DNA from: Monocercomonoides exilis PA203
Taxonomy: Eukaryota > Protista > Preaxostyla
DNA: 64,000 bases
Assembly (NCBI GenBank): GCA_001643675.2
Contig: LSRY02000015.1
Coordinates: 372,001-436,000 of the forward strand
Direction of reading: 5' to 3'
The notes under the pieces are model-generated. The model made no database searches. It had not been told where the DNA came from and saw nothing but the letters and a program-made list of their open reading frames with translations. The position numbers and the translations under genes are program-made. Shown here one piece after another: positions 35,901 through 49,500 of the stretch; within the stretch, counting starts at the first letter, position 1, and each line of letters begins with the position of its first letter.

Positions 35901-38900
35901 AAATCAGCGTTGTCTTATGTGTTTTTGTCAACATCAGCAGGGAAGGTTTCTGTTTCATCTTTTGTTGTATCATCCTTGGTGATTGGGAATCGTCCATTGA
36001 TTTCTCTTGATGGAAGCAATGCTGCTGGCACATTCACTTCAATGAGTGTTGAGGATATGAGCTCGACAGTTAATGGTGTTTTGTTTGGAGTGGAGAATGG
36101 AGCATCTTTTTCGATTAAAGATTCAACACTTTCAGCGAAAGCATCTTCGCAAACAGATTTGCCATCAGGATTAATAAGAGTAATTTCCACAAATTCAGCT
36201 AAGTTGCTGAAGCTCACAAACAACACGATGAGTGGATTCAAAGGAGATGGAGGAAACGGAGGGGCAATTGAATGCACACTCGGGAGAGGTTGCTCTCTTG
36301 AAATTGTTGGAGGAACGATGTCTGGGTGTGAGAGCAATGGAGGAAATGGAGGAGGGCTGTGGGTTGAGATGAAAGAAGGATCATCATTCACTGTGGGTAA
36401 TATGACAGACACTGACTCAGAAAGGACAATATTTTCAAATGATGAAAGTGGTTTATTCAAACTTGCAAGTTGCAAGGCAATGCAAACAGTTGATGGAGAG
36501 AACGGATATGGAGGAGGGATTTATCTTCATTTGGATGATGATGCAAGTTCATTCATTTTAAAGAAAGTGTCATTTGCTGGGTGTGATGCAAGAGAAGGGA
36601 AAGAAATCTTCATTAACTCTTATGATCTATCAAGTGTGATTGACAGAACATCAATTGGATTTGACGTTGATTTGAATGATATGAAAGGGATGAATGGATT
36701 TGAGAGATCAACATTGAATGAAACATTTTTCATTCCGCTGGTGGTGTATCTGTGGGATAACTTTTCAGGATCTGCCTTTGTTGGAGGAGGATCATTGAGT
36801 CATGATTTTTCGATGTGTGGACATGAGTCATTTCCGTGCTCCACAATCGCCAAGGCAGCATCAGTCCACTTTGAAGGGAAGAAAAAAGACATAACCATTC
36901 TTGAATCATTTGCCTTTGAGGATGAATTGAGCCTGAATACAGATGAATGGAGCTTTAAGGGGAAACAAAATGAGATGAAATGTGGTGTTGCTGATCAGAA
37001 AGAAGGAACACAAAGTGGATTAATTGAGAACTCTGTTTCTGTTTCAATGACTGGGATTGTATTTTCTTTGATTCATTCGCTTTCATTTCATGGAAGTGTA
37101 TTTGAGTGTCATTCAGGGAAACTCACACTGAACAAATGTGGGATGGAAGGAGGCACTGATTCTATTTCGACAGTGTTTGTGAAGGCTATTGGAGGAGCTG
37201 TGGAAGTGATTGAGTTTTCAACAAAAAATATGAAAAAAGGAGATTCATCGTTTTTCATTGTTGAAGGTAATTCTGGAAGCATTCCTTCGATGAATATGAC
37301 GAAAAGCGGTTTCAGAGAAATCACATTTGATGATGGATGTGTTGTTGAGTGCCACAACGGAAATATTGAAGAAATGACTGGATGCACATTTTCATCAATT
37401 ACTCGTTCGAAGGGAAGTGGAGGATGCATAAGCGTATCTTACAGGGATAACAATGGAGATTACAAAGCAGAAATAAATGACTGCACATTTGAAGGGTGTG
37501 CTGTTGAAGGAGAAGGAAATGAGATCGGAGGAGGTGCATTCTGTTATGAGGCATCCACAAATACGAACCTGCTGATGAGCAAGTGCAAGTTTTATTGTTG
37601 CACAGCTCCATATGAAGGGGAAGAAGTTGGATATGGAGGAGGAATAATGTTGAACTTGTTGAGTGAAATGGGTGAGGCAACATTTGTGATATCTTCTCCA
37701 ACTTTTTCGGTAGACAAACCAAACAATGCAAAATATGGAAAAGATTTGTTTGTTTCATCTCCATCGCTTATCAGCAGCATCAAGAACGAAACGCTGCCAT
37801 TTGTGAAAGATAGACTGGAGATGCTGACCGAAGACTCGATGAGAGGGTATGATGGAGGAAACAGAGAGTGCGCAATCCCACTGATCTATTTCTGGAAAGA
37901 GGTTGGATCAAGTGTTCATGTGGCGCGAGAAGGAAACAATGTGGTTGTGTGTGGATTGAGCGAGTATCCATGTGGATCTGTTGATTATGGGATGAGGAGA
38001 GGGAGGAGTTTGGGGATTGAGTCAATTGCCATTCAAGGGACTTGTGATGTGAGGAGTGAAATGAGTGTGAGTGGGATGAGGCTGGAAGGAACAAATGTCG
38101 AAACCGACAAAATCGTGTTTGTGAAAGCAATTGAAGGGGATGGAGATGCTGTTGTTGAATGCAAAGGGGTTGTTCAATTCAAAGAAGCGGGGATCCTGAC
38201 CCCAACTGCCTTCGATAATGAGGCAAATATCCTCATCCAGACAGACTCAGATGCAATCAAAACAAGTGTTATTGGATGCTCAATTCACATGAGTGGCAAT
38301 GCTGAAGGTGAATTAGCATTTGTATTGATAAGTGCCTCAAAAGGAATTGTGGAGATCGAAAAGACAAACATAGCAGGATTCTCAACGATGCATGAGATAA
38401 TGAGCATATCAGCTGATTGTGTGACAACCATGAACAATGTGACATTTGAAGATATTTCATTGAGTGGGAAAAGTGCAATTGCGATGAGTGAAAGTGTGAT
38501 TTCTGGAAGGGAGAATGATAATACAGAAGAAGCGTGGAACATTCTGTTTGAGCAATGTTCATTCTTAAATATGAAGCATAGTGCGTCAAGCAACCCTTCA
38601 TTGCTTTTCTGTGATGTGCCGAATGAAATGAGATTGAAAATGGATAACTCAACAATTGATAAATGTGGATCGACAAGCTCTCATGAAGGGGGAGGCATGC
38701 TTTTCCTTCTCAACGAGAAAGGGAGATTGGAATTGAATCACACAAATGTGACTGACTGCTTCTGTTCGAACAACGGGAGAGGCGGAGGGATATTTTTGAA
38801 ATCACGAAGTGCCACACAGAAGGCATTGCAATTTGTTCTGTCGAACATCACATTCAAGGAGAATGTTGCACTGAAGGGGAGAGATGTGTTTGTGAAGTGC

Positions 38901-41900
38901 ACAGACCTTGATTTGCAGATAAGTGAATCACAGTTCCTGATAAACTTTGGGGAGCCGTTTGTGAGGGAGATGGCGATATGGGGGTGCACATCAGATGATT
39001 ATGGGGATGAAGAGGATCTGTTGGGGAGGGTGTATGTGTTCAGGAGCGAATTCATATTTGTGTCATCGATTGTGGGGAACAACAGCAACAGCAAGAACTG
39101 TGGGGAAATGAAGAGTGCATGCTCGTCGCTGAATGTTGGGGTGAGCCACATCATTCCTTCAGATTATTCACAGCTGTTCATTTGGAATGAGACAACACTG
39201 ACTGATTGGTGCTCAGCTCAAAAAGTGACAATCAAGTCGATGGAAGCAAGCAGGAGTGCTGAAATAAAAGTGAATGAGATGAACTTAGCTGGTGAAGGAG
39301 CTGTGACGACATCAGAGTCTGTTCGAATTGAGAAAATTTCATTTGTTTTTGGTGGAATGCAGAATGTTGTCTGCTCGTGCTTAATACAACAATTGAATGG
39401 ATCTCTCATTCTCGAATCTGCTTCATTCTTGTCAGAGAGCAGAATAACAGAGAATTCACAAACACCTTTTGACTTTTCTCTTCTGGTTGTTGAAGATGGA
39501 ATATTTGAGGCTTATCGATGTGGTGTTGGGCTTTTGGAATCCTCGAAGCCATTCTTCCAGATATTGAATTCTGAAAGAGCAACATTTGAAGATCTGACAG
39601 TGTGCAATGTCCAATGCACAAGCTCAGCGATTGGTTGCGGAAAAAGCGAGAAATTAAGTCTATTGAGGTTTGAGGCAACAAACATAACTTTGCAAAATGA
39701 AAGTCTGATCTCATTTGAAAATGGTTATACTTCTCTGTTTATTTCATTGGTGTTATCATCGTTTGCAAATATCAGCCGATCATCTTCTGGGTCTTGCATT
39801 GTTTGCATAACTCAACCAATAACTGGCTTTGAGGCACGCAACTGCTCTTTTCATGAGTGCATATCAGATTCATCGAAAGGGAGCCAAGTGGCCATTGCTT
39901 TCACTGAGAATGTGTTAATGGATTCGTGTAAATTTGAGGGAAACCTGATTGACAATACCGAAGAAATAAATGATATTGCTGATGAAATATGCCAGTGGAA
40001 TAGTTCGGTTGTTGATTTCTCAAGCAGTTCTGTGATGATGAAAGATACAACAATCTGCAACTCCTCAAAGGGAGGGATAACAGTGAGTGGAGGATCCACG
40101 ATGATCGAGAAAGGAGAGTTTTTGAATAACAATCCATCAATTGAAAGGTATCCATCAATGAGAAGAAACGTCATCTGCTCCAATTCTGCTTCACTGAACA
40201 TGATGAGTCTGAAAGGTGGAGATGGAGTGAAGGATGACTCATCAATGTGGATATTGAATGAGGGTTGTCTGTTTGAAGGGATTGTTTCTGAGAGGGTGTC
40301 TCCATTTTTCTTTCCAGTGCTGGAGAGTGTTGAAGCAAAGGAGAAAGGAGAAGAAATGAAGGTTGTGTTCAAAGGGAAGCTGTTGCTGCCTTGCAACTTG
40401 TCATTCATGGTTGTGAAGCAGATTGGAGAAGAAAAGCAGATCGAAAAGCATGAGTTTGATGAGAGTGGATTTGTGTCGGAAACAGAAGTTGAAGGGAGAC
40501 TGCCAAATGAAACGATAACAGAGGCAGGAGAAGGGGTGGAAGTGAGAGTGAGCATTCTGTTTGGAGATAACAAAAACCCATCATCCACTGATTCTTTCAT
40601 TGTGAAGAACAGAAGTGAGCCGAAGGTTAATGGAGATGAAAGGATTGTCGAGGGAGGGAAAGAAGGGAAATCATATTGGTTGTTGATTGTTTGCATTGTG
40701 ATTGTTGTTATTCTATTTGTAGTCATTGTTGTTCTGGCTGTTCGGTGGAGGAAGCAAAAGAGTAGAACAGAAGAATTGGAAGAGATTGTGAATGATAACA
40801 TCAGAAAGGATCCGAAGCTGATTGAGATGGTTACGATGGAGATGTCACCTGAGGAGCAGTGGAGGAGAGCAGAGAGGGAAGCAGAGAAGAAGAATGAAGA
40901 GAGAATAAAGAAGAGAGTGTATGAAAAAAGTTTGGGACACTCGGAGTCATCGGAGCATTTGTTGAGTGAGAGTGGCTCCACTGAATACATATTGGGAAAA
41001 GATTCAGACAAGATCCCTGATTGGGCATTGGAAAAGGAGGAGGAAGAAGGAATTAGAAAACAGACTCCATCACCATCTATTTCTTCAACATGTTCAACTG
41101 ACTCAGATTCAACATTTGTTCGAGGGGAGGATCTGTGTCCAACCACATCATCGATGTCGAATCTGGTGGATGCAATGGCCTGCTCCTCGCCTCATGAGAA
41201 GCTGATTGTGGATTTGAGGGATTCGCTGTTCATGCTTTTGCATGGAAAGAACAAGACAAAGGAAATGCCGATTGGCACATTGAAAGAAAGAGAGCAAACA
41301 GCTGCACAGATCCTGTTCTGGGTGGCTAACCTTGCACTGCACTCATTCGATGAAATGGAAAACCCACTCCAATCTCTTTCCAATCTGAGCCCTCACATTG
41401 TTCTCTTCTCAGAACACATGGTCATCTGCATTGTGATGCATTCAGACTTATTGTCAGATGATGATTCAGATTCGTCATCCATCTCATCGTCGACTGTTGT
41501 GACTTCTGCCAGTGGTGATGATGATGATGAGGACTCTCTGCCATCATCAGCCTTTGAGGATGAAGACAGTTTCAAAAAGAATGTCTGAGATGGAAGGCGC
41601 CAGAGCTGCAGATGAACAAGAAGATGGGAGCAACAAAGGAGTCAGTGTCATTCTCGATCGGGATGATGCTGTGGGAGTGCCTGACCCTTCAAATCCCGTT
41701 TGGAGAATACGAGGCAGAGGTTGCAGGGCAGAAGATTGTGAATGGGGAAAGACCGATCTTGGACAATGTTAGACAAACGCGATTGTTTGAGATACTCAGG
41801 GATTGTCTATCAAATCACGTGAGCAGCAGACCTTCATTGCAAGGCATAAAGCGAGTATTCATCCAGCTATTTCCTGAATCAGGGCAAATGATTACGATGT

Positions 41901-43366
41901 CAGATGCTGTGGATTATGAAACAGAATCAGAGGAGCATGAAGGCGGGAATAGCGGAGATGGAGAAACAAGTATTGTGAGTTATTGAAAGGAATGAAAAAA
42001 GGCAGTGAAGAATGAAAAATAAAAATAAAAATGAAAATGAAAGATAAGAAACGATGCATGCAATTATGAGGAATGATTGATGGATAGAATCGGATTTGGA
42101 ATCGGATTTAGAAGCGATTTTCTGATGAAAGATTTTGAGAATGTGTCATTTTGAATGTTGCATCTCTGCTTGGTTGAGCAAGCATGTGCTTTGAAGAGAA
42201 AAAGATTGCGATTTAACGATCAACCTGAATCTTTTTAGCTATTCAAAGCAATTGCAACATGAAAAAAAGAAAAAGAACAATTTTTTTCTTTCAGTATTTC
42301 TTTCGTTATTTCTTTGAGCAGTTGGAGTTGTTTTGATCACGCCTAGGGAAAAAAGTTAAGGATTATCAGAACAAGAATATTTACGTGATGAAAAGTGATT
42401 ATTTCCACTGAAAGCAAACAGTTACACAACACCATTACAATGGGAGATAATCACAGAGAATTGGATTTCCATTTTTCAAAATATGTTAAAACGACAGCAC
42501 TCAAAGTTGGAGCACAGCCAAGGTGGATGGTCATTTATCCAATTGTCTGGACAATTGGCAGCATAGGGCCACATAATTCTATCTGCATTAACACAAGTTT
42601 TGACACATCTATTAACTCTTCCGGATGAAAGGACAGCATTCCATTCTTCTCAAGGAATGAGAGAAATACAACATTGGAAGGCAAAGATTTGTTAGTGCAG
42701 TTGAAATTGTTGATGACCACATTGATTTTTTCACGATTTTTTGTGATACAGGTGATTGTGATTGGGGAGGGCTTTTTAATGGGGTACTTTCCTTTATTGG
42801 CACTTTTTATTAGTTTTGATGTGCCAATCAAACGAGAATGCCAAATAAATTTCAACGCCCCAACTGACCTTTTAAATCTAAATTTGCACTATTATTTGCA
42901 AGGTTGTTTTTGTTTTTGTTTTTGTTTATTATCCATTTCGAAATTGAGGTGTTTTTTTTGTTAATTTCAAAGTCATTTTAAACCTCCAACAAAGATTTTC
43001 TCAAAAATCTGAAACAGAGATTTGAAAAATATTGACTTTTGTCTATTTATCTTTGAAAAATATTCAAAAGATTTCAAAGCACTTTTCTTTTTTTGATTAT
43101 TTTTTCATTTCATAATATTTTAACAAACAAACAGAAATCTGATTTATTTTATGGTTTTTAAATAATGGCAAAAATAAAGGAAACAAAATGAGTGAAATGT
43201 TCGAAATAAAGTCTTTGTGTGAAATTAGTTGTCCATTGCTGAATTATGATAATTTGATACAATTAATAAGTTTTTCACTTGATTTGATATATGATCATTT
43301 GATAAAGTGTTTCACAATTTTTTTGTCGAGAACAATCAGGAACTTCAACACCTCCTCATTTTGGGA
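32950..43366 (+). repeat. Left arm of ~10.4-kb inverted duplication
   Basis: Reverse complement of 46561-56985. The ORF tracks mirror each other. Outer junction AAAGTTCAAAATAATC; inner junction CACCTCCTCATTTTGGGA. Confidence 0.97.
33012..41986 (+). CDS. Giant type-I membrane receptor-like protein (~2990 aa): signal peptide, Cys/Gly-rich beta-helix-like ectodomain, TM helix, kinase-like (probably pseudokinase) tail; copy A
   Basis: 2858-aa ORF, hydrophobic N-terminus, repeated GGG[AI] and CG...PC motifs, TM at ~40671-40748, C-lobe motifs LRWKAPE, SFSIGMMLWECLTLQIPF, RPSL. An A5 run at ~41574 (A6 in copy B) shifts the last ~135 codons. Confidence 0.88.
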
Positions 43367-43396
43367 ATTAAGAAATTGGGCTTTTCTTTTTGTTCA

Positions 43397-44590
43397 TTAA
43401 GCACTGACTCCAATCATTGTATTTAATATTGCGACTGCTTCTTCTTGATTTATTTCCACAAAAATCTCCACGTGATCATGGTTATCTTCGACTGGTTCTT
43501 CAACCTTGTTAGTGAATATTGTCTCTCCTTCAGAGGCCTTGTGTAAATTCGAAGATATAGTTTGTGCTGGCCGATCAAATTCATTTGTGTCCTGTAAGCG
43601 AAACTGACTTTGGGGCTTCCTATTGTCAAACGTTGACAACAAAGTGTCTGCCATTCTTGAGGCTAAATTTGCTTCGAAGAATGAACGAGCTGGAGTGTGT
43701 GAAGTTGGGGAAATTCGTGCGTGCCTTGCAGCCATTGCTTCTGTTACTCTCTTGGTCAACAGTGCGGAAATTGCTGCATGTTTGAGAGTGAAATGTCGAT
43801 ATTCATTGGAAATCCCAATCAGAGTCATTCCTAGGCGGGCTTTCTTTCGAATTCCTTCTGTCTTAAGCAAGGTGTGATGCACCATGTTGAGGAAAAATAT
43901 GTCTCTATTTTCGTAAGTTGTCCTAACTCTGCACCAAAGTAATTTAACGGCTCTTCCTAGGTAAACCTTTTCGTCCACGCTATCCAAAATTGGAATTGTT
44001 TTATATGAGTGTGTTAGTGATGTTTTCAAATATGTGAATAGATGGATGGAGTCCTCTTGAAGAACTGACTGGTTCATTGATATTTTTTACAACTCGCGGA
44101 AGCGGCATGTTGTGAAAATGATTAGCAGAATAATGCATTTGACGGTCAAATCAAAAAACGATAATTCCTCATTTGCAGGCATTCAACTGTGATAGTCAAA
44201 TACAATTGAAGGAAACCACATAGTTGTAGAAGGGTTCCTTGGGGTGTGCGATTGATGAAACGAGCGGAATAATGTCTCTTTCGAAGGGACTTGTCCAAGG
44301 TTTTCTTTCTTTATGTTTTTGGTCAATTGCAAGACAGCGGATCTTGTGGAACAGAGCATGTGAATGGCAAACCTTTGTCTCTCAACTTTACGAAAATGTT
44401 AGCACAAATCTGTTTCCAATCGCTGAATTCCTTCGAAAAGTCTCCAAATCCCTCTTCCTCCAACGCCTGTGAAAAATGCGCAAACCAGAACGTTTATGAA
44501 GACCAAGTTGTCGAAGCAACACTGTTACGAGACTCGAAGATAATGAGATCAGAAACATTGAGCCTTTTCAGTTCTCTCATCCACTATTCC
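43397..44590 (-). pseudogene. Tyrosine recombinase of DIRS-like element
   Basis: MWFPSIVFDY...LTVKCIILLIIFTTCRFREL (catalytic R) runs into ORF 43397-44077 with HFTLKHAAISAL...ARISPTS. Confidence 0.8.
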
Positions 44591-44639
44591 TCCCCGACAT
44601 CCATAACCAATTTTGTCTCCTTGCAATGGAACCTCCTAA

Positions 44640-44960
44640 AAGGAGAGATGCTCTTGTTCTCTTTAAGCTTTATCCTGTTTGAAGAACGATTTGTGAATTC
44701 TTCCAATATATGAAGCGTGCTATCATTCTTTTCAACAAAGTTGTCCAGATTTGATCTCTCCAGGCAGGAATTAGAACAACTGCCCTTGCTCTCTCTCTCC
44801 AAGCCTTTCTCAAACTTTGAAATATAAGTGGAACGTGGGGATGAACTAAAGTCACTTCGTATTTCCATCAAACCGCCAATACGTCCTTTGAAAAGGGACT
44901 TCCTGGTCCAAACCATATTTTTGCTTTGTTGTTCACTAGACTTGTAAATGCATCCTGCTC
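44640..44960 (-). pseudogene. DIRS-type DNA N6-adenine methyltransferase-like domain remnant
   Basis: DAFTS..N...KDVLAV*W...LVHPHVPLIFQSLRK...AVVLIPAWRDQIW fits the DIRS MT pattern DxFA..N...DA..W....PP..LI..L.K...LIxPxW..QxW. Confidence 0.7.
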
Positions 44961-45039
44961 TATTTTGGCATTCGACTGCTTCTGAATTACCTCCATTCTC
45001 TTCAGTGTAATCTGGTAATCTTTTGATCTTTCTAGCCTT

Positions 45040-45620
45040 TATAAGGAATCACACTGCTTTTTTCCGCATTGATAAAAAGTCCAAGCTATGCACATCATTT
45101 TTTCACTTTGCTCATCACTTCTGCAAGACAAATAGGATCTTGATGTTTAAGGATAACATCGTCCAAGAACGCCATGCAATTTACATCCCATTGATTTCTG
45201 ACACCTTGCAATTCCTTTCTCATCAGTCGTGTGAAGATTCGTGAAGCAATATTGTTTCCTAAGGGAATTCCCGAAAAGCGAATGTTTCATCATGGAAGGA
45301 GAAGGCAAGGAAAGGAACAAAAGAATCGAGAACAGTGACGAGGAAGAATGTTTGAGATAAATCCAAGGTGGTGGCGAAATCGTTGTGCTCTAATAATCTT
45401 TGGACTGTTCAGTGGTCTTCCATTTTGAAATGGATGTTCTTCACAGCGGAATTTAACGGATGGTAATCTGGTATTTGTCGGTTGTTTCCATCTTTCTTTG
45501 ATTAGAAAAATATATTGCTCAGGCAAATAACCTTCTTCCTGTCTATTTTTGATATGACACCTGTTTCTAAACCTTCTCTTATCCAAGCGGAACAGGCTTA
45601 CTCCTCCTTCTGTCCTCCGA
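45040..45620 (-). pseudogene. Reverse transcriptase remnant of DIRS-like element
   Basis: Translated by hand: KKDGNNRQIPDYHPLN...HFKMED...DFATTLDLSQTF...FLAFSF...FREFP, then AFLDDVIL (YxDD position), and LGLFINAEKS. Confidence 0.8.
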
Positions 45621-46560
45621 AAAAGCCCTTGTTCATTTGCTCTTCTCTCATCAGTCTGTCCTTTACCTGTTTTCACTTCCAGACCGGGCATATTCCTTCC
45701 GATATTACATTTGTGACCCCGATCTTCCTCCACTCCGCGGAGAACAATCGAGTTCTTCCACCCACTATTGCTTCTTTCCACAAGCTTTCCTGTGAAAGGT
45801 TCCTTTTCGACGCCCACTGCTGCGGGCCTTCACGCGAAAAAATCTTGTTCTCGTTATTCTTCTTTTTTGTTGTGGTTTCGGAGTTGAGCGTTTAACTTCT
45901 GGAATAAGTTTGATGATTTCGAGTTTGTCACTAGTAATAAGAGGATCTTCTGAACCGTCCTTCAGAACGCAGGCAGCCCTGAAACCATATTCAGCCTGAA
46001 TGCGTGAATGTCTTGCCTCTTGTAACACAGCAACGATCAGTAGCACAGCATCAGCAAGTCTCTCTCATTGCGAAGCTCCATCTTCCTGTTATAAGATCAG
46101 CGCCTTTAAAGCAGTGAACAAACATTGCTCCACTCTTTTACAGCTTGAGTCCAAGGCATCTTTTATTCAATTTGAAGATCTTGCATGGGCATGCTTTTGC
46201 GATGGAGTGAATGGGACAAATGACAAAGATTCATAAGCATTCCTGGTTTTCTGAACGTCTGCGCGATCAAGCTGAAAAAATATTGACAGGAACAGACACA
46301 GCTTCCACGAAGAGTTCCGTTGATAAAGTTGCAAGTTTGTTGGTTGACCGGATAACCTGTTGCACGATGTGACTTTGGCTAGATTGAGTTTGTTAGATGT
46401 GAGATGAAGAGCTACTTGTGGAGTTGGATTGAGATTGATCTAAACCACCCGTCGGTCCGCCCGCAGAGGATATACTGCTTGGTTCAGACACATGTCCAAA
46501 ATTAGTAGCTTCTAATTCCATTGATCTGTTGAACTATTGAGCCCTTAATATAGATCTCAC

Positions 46561-49500
46561 TCCCGAAATAAGGAGGTGTTGAAGTTCCTGATTGTTCTCG
46601 ACAAAAAAATTGTGAAACACTTTATCAAATGATCATATATCAAATCAAGTGAAAAACTTATTAATTGTATCAAATTATCATAATTCAGCAATGGACAACT
46701 AATTTCACACAAAGACTTTATTTCGAACATTTCACTCATTTTGTTTCCTTTATTTTTGCCATTATTTAAAAACCATAAAATAAATCAGATTTCTGTTTGT
46801 TTGTTAAAATATTATGAAATGAAAAAATAATCAAAAAAAGAAAAGTGCTTTGAAATCTTTTGAATATTTTTCAAAGATAAATAGACAAAAGTCAATATTT
46901 TTCAAATCTCTGTTTCAGATTTTTGAGAAAATCTTTGTTGGAGGTTTAAAATGACTTTGAAATTAACAAAAAAAACACCTCAATTTCGAAATGGATAATA
47001 AACAAAAACAAAAACAAAAACAACCTTGCAAATAATAGTGCAAATTTAGATTTAAAAGGTCAGTTGGGGCGTTGAAATTTATTTGGCATTCTCGTTTGAT
47101 TGGCACATCAAAACTAATAAAAAGTGCCAATAAAGGAAAGTACCCCATTAAAAAGCCCTCCCCAATCACAATCACCTGTATCACAAAAAATCGTGAAAAA
47201 ATCAATGTGGTCATCAACAATTTCAACTGCACTAACAAATCTTTGCCTTCCAATGTTGTATTTCTCTCATTCCTTGAGAAGAATGGAATGCTGTCCTTTC
47301 ATCCGGAAGAGTTAATAGATGTGTCAAAACTTGTGTTAATGCAGATAGAATTATGTGGCCCTATGCTGCCAATTGTCCAGACAATTGGATAAATGACCAT
47401 CCACCTTGGCTGTGCTCCAACTTTGAGTGCTGTCGTTTTAACATATTTTGAAAAATGGAAATCCAATTCTCTGTGATTATCTCCCATTGTAATGGTGTTG
47501 TGTAACTGTTTGCTTTCAGTGGAAATAATCACTTTTCATCACGTAAATATTCTTGTTCTGATAATCCTTAACTTTTTTCCCTAGGCGTGATCAAAACAAC
47601 TCCAACTGCTCAAAGAAATAACGAAAGAAATACTGAAAGAAAAAAATTGTTCTTTTTCTTTTTTTCATGTTGCAATTGCTTTGAATAGCTAAAAAGATTC
47701 AGGTTGATCGTTAAATCGCAATCTTTTTCTCTTCAAAGCACATGCTTGCTCAACCAAGCAGAGATGCAACATTCAAAATGACACATTCTCAAAATCTTTC
47801 ATCAGAAAATCGCTTCTAAATCCGATTCCAAATCCGATTCTATCCATCAATCATTCCTCATAATTGCATGCATCGTTTCTTATCTTTCATTTTCATTTTT
47901 ATTTTTATTTTTCATTCTTCACTGCCTTTTTTCATTCCTTTCAATAACTCACAATACTTGTTTCTCCATCTCCGCTATTCCCGCCTTCATGCTCCTCTGA
48001 TTCTGTTTCATAATCCACAGCATCTGACATCGTAATCATTTGCCCTGATTCAGGAAATAGCTGGATGAATACTCGCTTTATGCCTTGCAATGAAGGTCTG
48101 CTGCTCACGTGATTTGATAGACAATCCCTGAGTATCTCAAACAATCGCGTTTGTCTAACATTGTCCAAGATCGGTCTTTCCCCATTCACAATCTTCTGCC
48201 CTGCAACCTCTGCCTCGTATTCTCCAAACGGGATTTGAAGGGTCAGGCACTCCCACAGCATCATCCCGATCGAGAATGACACTGACTCCTTTGTTGCTCC
48301 CATCTTCTTGTTCATCTGCAGCTCTGGCGCCTTCCATCTCAGACATTCTTTTTTGAAACTGTCTTCATCCTCAAAGGCTGATGATGGCAGAGAGTCCTCA
48401 TCATCATCATCACCACTGGCAGAAGTCACAACAGTCGACGATGAGATGGATGACGAATCTGAATCATCATCTGACAATAAGTCTGAATGCATCACAATGC
48501 AGATGACCATGTGTTCTGAGAAGAGAACAATGTGAGGGCTCAGATTGGAAAGAGATTGGAGTGGGTTTTCCATTTCATCGAATGAGTGCAGTGCAAGGTT
48601 AGCCACCCAGAACAGGATCTGTGCAGCTGTTTGCTCTCTTTCTTTCAATGTGCCAATCGGCATTTCCTTTGTCTTGTTCTTTCCATGCAAAAGCATGAAC
48701 AGCGAATCCCTCAAATCCACAATCAGCTTCTCATGAGGCGAGGAGCAGGCCATTGCATCCACCAGATTCGACATCGATGATGTGGTTGGACACAGATCCT
48801 CCCCTCGAACAAATGTTGAATCTGAGTCAGTTGAACATGTTGAAGAAATAGATGGTGATGGAGTCTGTTTTCTAATTCCTTCTTCCTCCTCCTTTTCCAA
48901 TGCCCAATCAGGGATCTTGTCTGAATCTTTTCCCAATATGTATTCAGTGGAGCCACTCTCACTCAACAAATGCTCCGATGACTCCGAGTGTCCCAAACTT
49001 TTTTCATACACTCTCTTCTTTATTCTCTCTTCATTCTTCTTCTCTGCTTCCCTCTCTGCTCTCCTCCACTGCTCCTCAGGTGACATCTCCATCGTAACCA
49101 TCTCAATCAGCTTCGGATCCTTTCTGATGTTATCATTCACAATCTCTTCCAATTCTTCTGTTCTACTCTTTTGCTTCCTCCACCGAACAGCCAGAACAAC
49201 AATGACTACAAATAGAATAACAACAATCACAATGCAAACAATCAACAACCAATATGATTTCCCTTCTTTCCCTCCCTCGACAATCCTTTCATCTCCATTA
49301 ACCTTCGGCTCACTTCTGTTCTTCACAATGAAAGAATCAGTGGATGATGGGTTTTTGTTATCTCCAAACAGAATGCTCACTCTCACCTCTGCCTCATCTC
49401 CTGCCTCGCTTATCATCTCCCTTGCCAATCTCCCTCCAACTTCTGTTTCCGACACAAATCCACTCTCATCAAACTCATATTTCTCTATCTGCTTTTCATC

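Larger units (their letters stand above)
43367..46560 (-). mobile_element. Decayed, internally deleted DIRS-like tyrosine-recombinase retrotransposon
   Basis: Order on the minus strand: gag-like remnant, RT, methyltransferase-like domain, tyrosine recombinase. This is the DIRS1 arrangement. Many stops. Confidence 0.85.
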
